NCBI GenBank assembly: GCA_963793475.1
Contig: CAWCAL010000003.1
Location: 299,628-363,627, forward strand
DNA length: 64,000 nucleotides
From: an uncultured Acidimicrobiales bacterium
GTDB lineage: Bacteria; Actinomycetota; Acidimicrobiia; Acidimicrobiales; CAWCAL01
Direction of reading: 5' to 3'
Shown: in pieces, positions 18,018 to 27,144 of the stretch
How the letters are laid out: every line of letters begins with the position of its first letter
Numbering within the stretch: the stretch's first letter is position 1
Program-made: the position numbers and the translations under genes
The notes under the pieces: generated by a model
Database searches by the model: none
What the model saw: only the letters and a program-made list of their open reading frames with translations
Told to the model about the DNA's origin: nothing

Positions 18018-19499
18018 CTACGCGTCGGCCGGCATGTCGGGGACTCCGATGCTGGCGATGTCGACGTCGATCACGATGTTGTCCGCCGGGACCGGCGGAG
18101 CGTTCAGCGGATCCTCCATGCCGGGGAGGTCGCCGATCGCGGGGTACTCGTAGGTTTCGTAGTCGGAAGAGGGCGGCCGGCCGTCGCGGTAGGCGATCTC
18201 GGCGAATCGGGCGAGTCCGACATCACCGAGCTCGGCGAGCTCACCCTCACACGGGGCCAGTGTCTCGATGTCCTCGGGGATGCTCAGCGTGTACTGATTG
18301 TCGCAGAACCGGTTGTTGTCCTCCATCGCCTGGGAGTTGATGATGTCGGCCGTTCGCGAATCGGTGATCACGTTGCCGCGCACGATGTTGTCCTTGGCCG
18401 GCCAGAGCAACGGGCTGGGCAGATCCGCGACCACGTCGTCGGGCGCGGCCTCGGCGTCGGCCAGGCAGTCGGGGTCGGGTGGATCCGGGATCTCGTTGAT
18501 CGGGTTCTCCTCGGGGAACGGAACGATCGCGACCCCTGAGATGTCATGGTCCCAGATCTGGTTTCTCTCGATCAGGTTGGCGAGGCCGCCCGGGGTCACG
18601 ACGCCGTTGCCTTGGGCCAGGATCGCGACGTCGATGGCAGGACTGTCCGCCTGATTGTTGCTGTGGATCCAATTGCCGACGATGGTCGTCTCCCGCTCGG
18701 GGGCGCACCCCTCGTACGAGCCCGAGTTGGGGACGACCCCGGCCCGGTTGAACCGGAACGTCGAGTTGATGATGTAGAGGTCGCCGCCGGAGTTGGTGCC
18801 CGAGTAGCCCAGGCCGTTGTACTCGCTGGTGAAGTCGTCGATGAGCGCATTGCACGGATAGCACTGGCCGATGTACACGCCGGCGTCGGGGCTGCCGGCC
18901 CCGTAGCTGTGCTCGAGGATGCCGTCGCGGGCGCCGAACGCGTAGATGCCGTAGTCGCCGTTGCGGGTGGCCGTCAGGTAGCTCCCGCGGTACCCCTCGA
19001 TGTCGGTGGTCCAGAAGAACCCGTTCTTGGTGTAGTTCTGCGCGGTCATGTTCTCGATCGCCACCCCGTCGGTGCCGAGCACGCGGATGCCGTTCTGCAG
19101 CTCGAACTCGCCGTCGAGGATGACCTTGTTGCGGTCGACGCCCCGGATCACGATGTTCTCCTTGGGAGCACCCGCGGTGGAGGCGACATCGACCGCTTCG
19201 TTGTAGGTGCCCTCTCCCACCAGCACGAGATCGCCGGGGACGGCCGCGTCGACGGCGGCCTGGATGGTCTCGTACTCGTCGGGGACGTTGAGGACGCCGT
19301 CATCGTCGGCCATGGCCTCGTCGTCATCGGTCTCGCCTGCGTCATCCGTGTCGGCGGCGGTCTCTCCGGTCTCGGACGCCTCGCTGGTCTCGGAGGACGG
19401 CTCGGTGGTGCTGCTTCCACCGTCGTCGTCGCCGCAGGCCACGGCGACGAGGGCGAGAACGCAGAGCAGGCCGAGCAGTCGGCGCAGGGTCGATGTCAC
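18018..19499 (-). CDS. Right-handed parallel beta-helix (NosD/pectate-lyase-fold) lipoprotein
   Basis: GTG 19499 gives the lipoprotein signal TSTLRRLLGLLCVLALVAVACGDDDGG. It has an acidic linker, then repeated beta-helix turns (NIVIRGVD..., NGIRVLGTDGVAIENMTAQN..., GDYGIYAF, IINSTFRFNRAGV, IVGNWIHSN, IERNQIWDH, IVRGNVI). The upstream 164 codons of the track ORF are antisense to the cupredoxin gene. Confidence 0.8.
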   Translation of the reverse strand: MTSTLRRLLGLLCVLALVAVACGDDDGGSSTTEPSSETSEASETGETAADTDDAGETDDDEAMADDDGVLNVPDEYETIQAAVDAAVPGDLVLVGEGTYNEAVDVASTAGAPKENIVIRGVDRNKVILDGEFELQNGIRVLGTDGVAIENMTAQNYTKNGFFWTTDIEGYRGSYLTATRNGDYGIYAFGARDGILEHSYGAGSPDAGVYIGQCYPCNALIDDFTSEYNGLGYSGTNSGGDLYIINSTFRFNRAGVVPNSGSYEGCAPERETTIVGNWIHSNNQADSPAIDVAILAQGNGVVTPGGLANLIERNQIWDHDISGVAIVPFPEENPINEIPDPPDPDCLADAEAAPDDVVADLPSPLLWPAKDNIVRGNVITDSRTADIINSQAMEDNNRFCDNQYTLSIPEDIETLAPCEGELAELGDVGLARFAEIAYRDGRPPSSDYETYEYPAIGDLPGMEDPLNAPPVPADNIVIDVDIASIGVPDMPADA

Positions 19500-19527
19500 A
19501 GGAGAACCTCCGGATAAGGGTGGTGGG

Positions 19528-19950
19528 TCACTCGACGATGAGTACGCCGGGCATCCCGATGTCGATGGTGCCGTGAATGGAGCAGTAGTAGCGATAGGTG
19601 CCCGGCTCGGTGAACCGGAACTCGGCGGAGTCGCCGGGCGCGAAGGCCTCCTCGCCGACGGCCCAGGGTGCGTCGGGGTCCTCGGGCACGATGTCGTGGT
19701 CGTTGCGACCGCGGTTCTCCCAGACCACCGTGGCGCCGGCGGGGACCGTCTGTTCTTCTGGGTTGAACGAGTTGTCGACGGCCAGGATGACGACGGTTTC
19801 GTCGCTGAGGGGTGTCGTCGTGGCCGAGCCTCCGCCCGCAGCGACGTCGGTGTCGTCGTCGCCCCCGCACGCGGTGAGGGCGAAGAGCGCAAGGATGACG
19901 GGGGCAAGCGCTCGGCGTCGCTGCGAGCGCGGATGTCCGGTGTGAAACAC
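19528..19950 (-). CDS. Cupredoxin (plastocyanin/azurin-like type-1 copper) lipoprotein
   Basis: GTG 19950 gives the signal RRRALAPVILALFALTACGGDDD. Copper ligand pattern: NDHDIVP ... YYCSIHGTIDIGMPG (H ... C-x2-H-x5-M). Confidence 0.85.
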   Translation of the reverse strand: MFHTGHPRSQRRRALAPVILALFALTACGGDDDTDVAAGGGSATTTPLSDETVVILAVDNSFNPEEQTVPAGATVVWENRGRNDHDIVPEDPDAPWAVGEEAFAPGDSAEFRFTEPGTYRYYCSIHGTIDIGMPGVLIVE

Positions 19951-20008
19951 GTCGGGAAGGTAGCCGACCGCGCGTCCTGCGTCACGATCATCCGAGGGTT
20001 GTCTGTGC

Positions 20009-20915
20009 TTGACTCTCGTGATGACGCGCTCTCCCGACATCGGACCGATCGGCCTCTGGTACTTCACCGAGACCATGACTGCGGCCGAGGCGGCCGAGTT
20101 CGCCCGACGGGTCGAGGCCCTCGGGTACGGCGCCCTGTGGATCCCGGAGACGTTCGGTCGGGACCCGATGGCCCATGCCGCGTGGCTGCTCGCCAACACC
20201 GACCAGCTGGTCGTCGCCACCGGCATCGCCAACATCCACCACCGCCATCCCGGCGCCATGCGCCAAGCCCAGTTGACCCTGGCCGAGCAGTCCGGCAATC
20301 GGTTCATCCTGGGCATGGGGGTGTCGCACGCTCCCATCGTCGAGGGGATCCGGAAGATCACCTATGAGAAGCCGGTGGCCACGATGCGGGCGTACCTCGA
20401 AGCGATGGAGGCCTCTCCCTATCTGGCGATCGAACCGAGCGAACCGACGCCCACGCTCCTGGCGGCGCTGGGACCGAAGATGCTCGAGTTGGCCGGGACC
20501 GCCGCCGACGGGGCCCACCCGTACTGGACCACACCGGAGCACACCGCCACGGCCCGAGCGGTGCTGGGCCCGGACCCGTGGCTCTGCGTCGAGCAGAAGA
20601 TCGTGATGACCACCGATGCGGACGCCGCTCGTGCCGCCGCCCAGCGGCGCGTTGGGCATCTACGCCGACCTGCCCAACTATCGCAACAACTGGCTGCGGC
20701 TCGGGTTCACCGACGCGGACATCGACGACGGTGGCACCGACGACTTCATCGACGCACTGGTGGCCTGGGGCGACGAGAGCGCCATCCGGGATCGGATCCG
20801 CGCCCATTGGGATGCCGGGGCCGACCACGTCTGCCTCCAGCCCCTGCATCCTTCGGGCGAGATGGGTGCCGTCGACTGGAACGCGCTCGAGGCGCTCGCT
20901 CCCAACCGAGCCTGA
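20009..20915 (+). CDS. LLM-class F420-dependent oxidoreductase (one frameshift as assembled)
   Basis: Track ORFs 20009..21361 and 20616..20915 join as ...TDADAARAAAQR | ALGIYADLPNYRNNWLRLGF..., with the frame change near 20645..20652. Past that point the 20009 ORF is out-of-frame read-through. Confidence 0.8.
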
Positions 20916-21001
20916 CCCTCGGAACGGCCAACTTCGGAGGATTCTCCCCACCCCCTGGTCCTCATCTCCCCGAAGTTCGAGGAGGTGGCGTCGGCGCGGG
21001 G

Positions 21002-22180
21002 TCAGCGGGCGGCCGGCAGGTCGCTCAGCGGGAGGAGACGGGCGGTCACCTCGGGGGTGCCTTCGGGGCGAACGAAGCGCAGGCCCATCACGCCGTGATC
21101 GTGGTCGGCGGGGTCGACCCAGTTGCCGATCCCCGGGTCCTCGTGCGCCACCACGATGCGGACGATGCCGTCGGATTCGATGGTTGCCCCTTCCATGGAG
21201 AGGTAGCCCTGTCCGGTGAGGTAGTTGGCCAGGTTCTCCATCCAGTGGTTGCAGAGCTGGAAGTTCCAGTGCTGGCAGGTCGGCGGGTCGAACTCGACCA
21301 CCAGCGCCTCGTCCGCGGCCACCCGCCAGTACCCGAACTCGAAGTGCCGGTCGTCGGGTGAGCCTCCGATGCGGCGGTAGGCCTCCTCGGTGAACTCCAG
21401 GTCGTTTTCGAAACCCAACAGCTCCCGGGTCCACTCGCCGTAGTCCGTCTGGAGCCCGAGGATCATCTGCGCGGCGATGGCGAGGCGGGCCGACATCTCG
21501 GCTGGCTCAGGTGTGTCCGGCTGGTCGTGGGGGTCGAGGCACTCGATGGTCAACCGCGGCGCTTTCTGGGTGGACCGGTCGTCGTAGACGAGGCGCATCA
21601 TCAGCTCGCGGGTCTGCTCGACGATGGGGAACCAGTTGCCCTCCTGCTCCTCGACCGCCAGGACGAAATCGACATTGCCGTCGTCGTCGGTGTAGTCGTC
21701 CAGTGCGGCCGTGTGGGGGGTGGCGGCGCGGTTGGGATTGAAGGTGGGCAGCAGCTCCTCGGCGTCGAGCCCGGTCGGGAACGCCCCCACGTCGTCGGGC
21801 ACGGGCGGCGACCAGGCCGACATGTGGACGTACGGCACCGAACCTCGCTGGCCGGTGACGCGATAGCGGTAGCGCGGGTCGACCGGTTGCACGACATGGT
21901 CCTGGTTGGGCGACTGCACGCCGATCCCGCCCTTCAGGGGCGGCGGGATGATCATGAGGTTCTGCGGTCCGGTGGGCGGGGTGCGCTCGATGCAGCGCAT
22001 CGAGGACATGAGCATCATCCGGGTCAGGTAGCGAAAGCCCTCGACGCGGTCCTGAGGGTTGCCGTCGGGCGTTTCACGGATGGCGACGCGCCCGGCCAGC
22101 TTCAGGGTGTCGCAGAAGTCGTCCCAGGCTGCGCCGCTCAGCAAGCGCTCCGCAGCTCGATCGTGTGCTTCTGAATCCAT
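21002..22180 (-). CDS. DUF1214-like protein
   Basis: ATG 22180 ([16 protein letters not shown]...), 392 aa, in frame with track ORF 21002..22369. Sequence [10 protein letters not shown] and the overall pattern resemble DUF1214/DUF1254-type proteins. This is from memory only. Confidence 0.6.
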   Translation of the reverse strand: MDSEAHDRAAERLLSGAAWDDFCDTLKLAGRVAIRETPDGNPQDRVEGFRYLTRMMLMSSMRCIERTPPTGPQNLMIIPPPLKGGIGVQSPNQDHVVQPVDPRYRYRVTGQRGSVPYVHMSAWSPPVPDDVGAFPTGLDAEELLPTFNPNRAATPHTAALDDYTDDDGNVDFVLAVEEQEGNWFPIVEQTRELMMRLVYDDRSTQKAPRLTIECLDPHDQPDTPEPAEMSARLAIAAQMILGLQTDYGEWTRELLGFENDLEFTEEAYRRIGGSPDDRHFEFGYWRVAADEALVVEFDPPTCQHWNFQLCNHWMENLANYLTGQGYLSMEGATIESDGIVRIVVAHEDPGIGNWVDPADHDHGVMGLRFVRPEGTPEVTARLLPLSDLPAAR

Positions 22181-22218
22181 CGGCGATCCCTCGGTCTTTG
22201 CTCCCCTACGCTCCCACA

Positions 22219-23724
22219 ATGGCACACCCCAACATCCTGTTGATCGTGTCCGACGAGGAGCGGCGCAACGGCTGGCTGAGCGGAAAGGTTGCTCTGCCGG
22301 CGCACCGGCGGCTCGCCGCCGACGGGTTGAGCTTCGACCGGCACTACACGCACGCCTCGCCCTGTTCACCGTCCCGGGCCAGCCTCTACAGCGGTCGCTA
22401 CCTGGCCGAACACGCAGTCGTGAACAACGTGAGCTTCCCCACGCACGTGGCGCTCGACCCGGAGATCCCCACCACGGGCAGCCTGCTGCGTGAGGTGGGC
22501 TACGAGAGCGGCTACGTGGGCAAGTGGCACCTCAGTCACTCACCCACGCCCGAGATGTCCGACTACGGCTACAGCGGGTGGACGGGCAACGACAAACACT
22601 TCACGGGAAACCCGTGGACCGGGCGCCACTTCGACCCGATCATCGCGGCCGACGCGCAGCGCTGGCTCGCCGAGCACGCCGGGGGCGCCGCCCCCTGGTT
22701 CCTGACCGTGGCGCTGGTGAATCCCCACGACATCATGTGGTTCCCGATCGATCAGCCGGACTATCAGGACGCCCATCCCGAGCAGCTCGAGATCTTCCGC
22801 TTCATCCAGCAGTACATCCTTGGTGACGAGGTTCGGCCGGATCCGGCGCCGACCGACTACCCCCGGCTCTTCGACGAGCTGCCGGCCAACTTCCACGACG
22901 ATCTCCACACCAAGCCGGAGATCCAGCGGGCCTGGCGGTATGTGCGCAACCACGAGCACATGGTGGGCACGCTCGACCACGACGACCACGACGCCTGGCT
23001 GCGGCAGCTGGACTACTACGCCTGGCTCCACCAGCGACTCGACGACACGCTGACCGGCCTGCTCGGCACGCTGGACGACCTAGGGATCTACGACGACACG
23101 ACCGTGATCTACACCAGCGACCACGGCGACGCCTGCGGGTCGCACGGCCTACGGGCCAAGCTCCCGTGCGTCTACGAGGAGGTCATGGGCGTGCCGCTGA
23201 TCATGAAGAGCCCCGGCGTGGAAGCCGGTTCGACCACCGACGCCCTGAGCACGCACGTCGATCTGGCGCACACCATCGTGAGCCTGGGGGGCGGCGACAC
23301 GGGTGCGTTGTCCGGAGTGTCGCTGGAGCCTGCCCTGGCCGATCCCACTGCTCGGCCCCGCGACGCGGTCTTCTTCGCCCAGGACTCGGCCCAGTCACCA
23401 CACCTGGCCGGCACCCGCTATGCCGTGCGGGGCTTCTACGACGGGGAGACCAAGTACGCCCGGTACTACGGCGTGGGGGGCGGCATCCGCCGGGACGGGA
23501 CGGTCGACGAGGCGGGCAAGACGTTCGACGTCGACGCCGACTTCGACGACCAGGACCACGAGTGGTACGAGACCGCCGAGGATCCGCACGAGCTGAACAA
23601 TCTGGCCCACGACCGCGGCCGCCGCAACGAGCTGCGCGGGTTGTTCGACCGACTCAAGGCGATGGAAGCCACCGAGATGGTCACGCCGTCGGGCGGGTGC
23701 CGACGATGCTGGCTCGTTCCATGA
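22219..23724 (+). CDS. Cys-type sulfatase (arylsulfatase family)
   Basis: ATG 22219 ([18 protein letters not shown]). Formylglycine motif [14 protein letters not shown], plus GKWHL and IYTSDHGD. The 3' end overlaps the convergent dioxygenase gene by 44 nt. Confidence 0.9.
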   Translation: MAHPNILLIVSDEERRNGWLSGKVALPAHRRLAADGLSFDRHYTHASPCSPSRASLYSGRYLAEHAVVNNVSFPTHVALDPEIPTTGSLLREVGYESGYVGKWHLSHSPTPEMSDYGYSGWTGNDKHFTGNPWTGRHFDPIIAADAQRWLAEHAGGAAPWFLTVALVNPHDIMWFPIDQPDYQDAHPEQLEIFRFIQQYILGDEVRPDPAPTDYPRLFDELPANFHDDLHTKPEIQRAWRYVRNHEHMVGTLDHDDHDAWLRQLDYYAWLHQRLDDTLTGLLGTLDDLGIYDDTTVIYTSDHGDACGSHGLRAKLPCVYEEVMGVPLIMKSPGVEAGSTTDALSTHVDLAHTIVSLGGGDTGALSGVSLEPALADPTARPRDAVFFAQDSAQSPHLAGTRYAVRGFYDGETKYARYYGVGGGIRRDGTVDEAGKTFDVDADFDDQDHEWYETAEDPHELNNLAHDRGRRNELRGLFDRLKAMEATEMVTPSGGCRRCWLVP

Positions 23725-24643
23725 CCCGCACGTGGGGCCAGTAGTCGCTGGCGGCGTAGTGCTGGACGGCCAGGTTGTCCCAGAACGCCACGGCGTCGTC
23801 GGTCCAGCGGAAGCGGCACTGGTACTCGAGGACGTCCGCCTGGGAGCACAGGAGCTGGAGCAGGGCACGACCCTCGTCCACCGGGAGACCGACGAGGTGG
23901 TCGGTGAAGATCCGATTCACGTAGAGCGCCCTGCGGCCCGAGTCGGGATGGCGCACGACGACCGGGTGCTCGACCGGTGGGTACTCCCGGCGCATCTCGG
24001 CCATGGCGTCGGCGTCCAGGCCGTAGCCGAACGCCCGGGCGTAGTCGTGGACGGCGACCATTCCCTCGATCCGTGCCTTGGTGGACTCGTCGAGCCCGTC
24101 GTACGCCGCGTACATGTCGGAGAACAGCGTGTCGCCACCGACCGCCGGCACCGAGAGCGCGTGCAGGATGGCCGCCCGGGAAGGCACGGCTCGCCAGGTG
24201 ACGTCGTGGTGCCAGGCGTTCTCGTACCCTCCGGTGTCGGCCGACTTCTCGAACCGGACCAGCTCGGGGTGCTGCTCGTTGCCCGGGATGAACGGATGCA
24301 CTTCGAGCTCACCGAACCGGGCGGCGAAGGCAACGTGCTGCTCGGCGTCGAGGGGCTGGTCCCGGAAGAACAGGACCTTGTACTCGGTGAGCGCCCGCCG
24401 GATCTCGTCGATGACATCGTCGTCGAGCTCGTCGGCGAGCGAGACCCCGCTGATCTCCGCCCCCAGGGACACGCCGACCGGGTCGACGCTCAGGTGGGTC
24501 CAGTCGAGCTCGTCGAGCCGCGCTCGCTCCATCGAGAGGTGGGCGACCGGACCGACGCTGGCGTCCGAGTCCGGAAGGCGGAACCGCTTCGCCTGCAGGC
24601 TGGCACCCGGGTCCTCGGTTGCCACCACCTTCGTCTTCGTCAT
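23681..24643 (-). CDS. TauD/TfdA-family Fe(II)/2-oxoglutarate-dependent dioxygenase
   Basis: Intact 320-aa ORF. Motifs: YKVLFFRDQPLDAEQHVAFAARFG, WHHDVTW (HxD), GGDTLFSDMYAAYDGL, HPVVVRHPDSGRRALYVN and WDNLAVQHYA. Confidence 0.9.
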   Translation of the reverse strand: MTKTKVVATEDPGASLQAKRFRLPDSDASVGPVAHLSMERARLDELDWTHLSVDPVGVSLGAEISGVSLADELDDDVIDEIRRALTEYKVLFFRDQPLDAEQHVAFAARFGELEVHPFIPGNEQHPELVRFEKSADTGGYENAWHHDVTWRAVPSRAAILHALSVPAVGGDTLFSDMYAAYDGLDESTKARIEGMVAVHDYARAFGYGLDADAMAEMRREYPPVEHPVVVRHPDSGRRALYVNRIFTDHLVGLPVDEGRALLQLLCSQADVLEYQCRFRWTDDAVAFWDNLAVQHYAASDYWPHVRVMERASIVGTRPTA

Positions 24644-24711
24644 GAATCGGGTCCTCTCGTCAGATCACGCCGGCGGCGGGGCTTCCAGCGTGACCCGGTG
24701 CCCTCGTATCC

Positions 24712-24874
24712 GCAACCGGTTGTCCGGTTCGACTTCGCGTCGTTCCACCACGGACACCGGGTCGCGGTGCGGGACATCACGCTGGCGATCCGAGCCGGGA
24801 CGTCGGTGGCGTTTCTGGGCCCCAACGGGTCCGGCAAGTGGCACGGGGGTTCCGGATGGTCGTCACCTGTGTGA
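24712..24874 (+). pseudogene. Relic of an ABC-transporter ATP-binding protein (N-terminal roughly 55 codons only)
   Basis: The tail of track ORF 23732..24874 reads VVRFDFASFHHGHRVAVRDITLAIRAGTSVAFLGPNGSGK, which is the ABC N-terminus through Walker A, then WHGGSGWSSPV*. No frame continues with Q-loop or signature motifs. Confidence 0.5.
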
Positions 24875-24884
24875 CACTGCACGC

Positions 24885-25157
24885 ATGAGCGACGAAGCTC
24901 CTGGCGCGATCAGGGCGGAGTTGTACTGGCCGATGGTCGTGGTCGTCATGATGTTCGGGTGGTGGGCACGGGCGACCTACGGCGTCGGGCTGACCGCCAT
25001 CATCCTGGGTGTATGGCTGCTGATGGGATCGGTGGCGGGAGCGACCTGGATCGTGAACCGGTGGAATCGTTGGTGGGTCTGGGGCGCAGTGTCGGTGGGC
25101 TTCGTGATCCTCGCGGCGGTGGCTCTGGAATCCATCACCATCGTGGAAGAGTTCTAG
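24885..25157 (+). CDS. Small hypothetical membrane protein (90 aa, 3 predicted TM)
   Basis: In-frame ATG 24885 within track ORF 24078..25157. Sequence MSDEAPGAIRAELYWPMVVVVMMFGWWARATYGVGLTAIILGVWLLMGSVAGATWIVNRWNRWWVWGAVSVGFVILAAVALE... Confidence 0.5.
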   Translation: MSDEAPGAIRAELYWPMVVVVMMFGWWARATYGVGLTAIILGVWLLMGSVAGATWIVNRWNRWWVWGAVSVGFVILAAVALESITIVEEF

Positions 25158-25179
25158 CCATCTGGGGGCCAGGCGCCGG

Positions 25180-25656
25180 ATGACGGGCGCCGCCGACCCG
25201 GTCAACCGCCGTCCTGTCCAGGTTGCGTTCGAGGGTTCGGTCATCGTCTCGTGCCCGCCATCGCAGGCCTTCGCCATTGCGGACATGGCGACTCTTGCTC
25301 AGTGGAACCCTGCCGTCGCCCGATCGGAGTTGGTGAGCGGCCAGCCACTGGTCGAAGGGGCTGAGTACGCCTGCACGATGGCGAGGGGGCCGTGGAAGCT
25401 GACGGTCCACCCGGTGCTGGTCGAGGTCAGGCAAAACACGCTGGTTCGCTACGCAGGAACATTCGGATTCGCGCCCAGCGAGGACTCGATCGGATTCGCG
25501 CCCGAGGGGGACGGCACACGGCTCACCTTCCGCAACCTTTCGAGGCTGCCCGGCTGGACCCGACCACTTCGGTGGGCCATCACCAAGGCCTTCCGCCGGC
25601 AAGCTGACCGCTCCATCCGTGGAGCCGCCCGGTATCTCGAGTCCGTCGGTCCTTGA
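25180..25656 (+). CDS. SRPBCC (START/polyketide cyclase-like) family protein
   Basis: Intact 158-aa ORF. Its size and pattern (VIVSCPPSQAFAIADMATLAQWNPAV... TRLTF) are consistent with the SRPBCC fold. Confidence 0.65.
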   Translation: MTGAADPVNRRPVQVAFEGSVIVSCPPSQAFAIADMATLAQWNPAVARSELVSGQPLVEGAEYACTMARGPWKLTVHPVLVEVRQNTLVRYAGTFGFAPSEDSIGFAPEGDGTRLTFRNLSRLPGWTRPLRWAITKAFRRQADRSIRGAARYLESVGP

Positions 25657-25695
25657 CGCTCGAACGTGGTGTCGCCCTGAGCGGCGTTGCCGCCG

Positions 25696-27144
25696 TCAGC
25701 CCGCGACGCGTGTCGCCTCGGCTGCGTACGCCTCCCTGATCTCGACCCCGGTGGTGCCCGACGTCGGTTCGATGGTCTCGCCCGACCCGAGACTCCACCG
25801 GGCCGCGAGAGCGGCGGAACTCCTGCCCGAGCCGATCGCAGCTGCCTGCAGCGCCGCTCCGGTCGCGACCGCCTCGTCGGCGTCGGGGACCACGATGGGG
25901 CGCCGCGCAGGTCGGCACAGCGCTGGCGGTAGGCGCCCGATCGGGCTCCCCCGCCGATGAGGTGCACCCGACCGCTCGTGTCGACGCCGGCGCCGCCCAA
26001 GGCGTCGAGCCCGGCAAGGAGACCGCACAGCACGCCATCGTGGGCGGCACGCGCCAGTTCGTCACGGGTCGTGCTCGTCCGAAGTCCCGCTATCGAGCCG
26101 GATGCGTCCGGGAGGTTGGGGGTCCGTTCGCCGTCGAAGTACGGGACCAGCACGGTGCCGCCGAACTTGGAAGGCGCCTGCAGCGCCAATTCGCTCAAGC
26201 CCGGAGCGTCCGTCCCCATCCAGGCGGCCACCGTGTCGGTCACCTTCGTTGCGTTGAGGGTGCAGACGAGCGGCAGGAACGCCCCGGCTGCGTCGGCGAA
26301 GCCGGCCACCAGGCCCGACGGGTCGGCCGTGCGCCACCGGGGACACGGCGTAGACGGTCCCCGAGGTGCCGAGCGAGAGCGCCAGGTCACCGGTCCGGAG
26401 GCCCAGTCCCAGTGCCGCAGCCATGTTGTCGCCGGTGCCCGGTCCCACGGGGATGCCCGCCGGAAGACCGAGCACGTCGGCCGCGTCGGTGGTCAGCTCG
26501 CCCGCCGGCGTATCGGGGCCCAGCACCTCGGGTAGCCGCTCCAGCCACGCATCGGCGTCGTCCACGGCCGCTCCCAACAGCTCGGGTCGGTAGCGATTCT
26601 CCGAGGGATCGAACCAGCCGGTACCCGAGGCGTCGCCCCGATCGGTGACGTGCCGACCGGTCAGCCGCCAGGTCAGGTAGTCGTGGGGAAGCATCACCCT
26701 CCGAACCCGGGCCAGCGCGTCGGGTTCGTGCCGGGCAACCCAGGCCAGTTTGCTCACGGTGAACGCGGCGACGGGCACACTCCCGCACCCGCCGGCCCAT
26801 GCCGGCGCGCCCATCTCCTGGACCAGCTCGGTCGCCGAGCCTGCCGAGGTGGTGTCGTTCCAGAGCTTGGCCGGCCGCACCGGCTGCCCGGCGTCGTTCA
26901 GGAGCACCAGCCCGTGCTGCTGCCCTGCGACAGCGACAGCGGACACCTCGACGCGGTGCTCGCCCAGCTGACTCATCGCCGAGACCAGGGCGTCCCACCA
27001 CGCGGCCGGATCCTGCTCGGATACCGGCGGTTCGGTGGACGGGTGGGCCGCGGCACCCCGCGCCACCACGGCACCGGTCTCCAGATCGCGAGCCTCGACC
27101 TTGGTGGACTGGGTCGACGAGTCGACCCCGACGACCAGCGCCAT
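25696..27144 (-). CDS. xylB: Xylulokinase-like FGGY kinase (two frameshifts as assembled)
   Basis: Pieces from track ORFs 26062..27693, 25449..26390 and 25696..26028 join into one protein. The sequence runs MALVVGVDSSTQSTKVEARD...GTGDNMAAALGLG...LGTSGTVYAVSP | TADPSGLVAGFADAAGAFLPLVCTLNATKV...LIGGGARSGAYRQRCADLRGAP | IVVPDADEAVATGAALQAA. Frame changes fall near 26330 and at the G-run 25897..25900. ATG 27144 overlaps the stop of the upstream lyase gene (TGATG). Confidence 0.85.

Noticed and set aside
20930-20977. Hairpin AACTTCGG...CCGAAGTT between the LLM and DUF1214 genes as a terminator
   Set aside because: It has only an 8-bp stem with a 32-nt loop, which is too weak to call.
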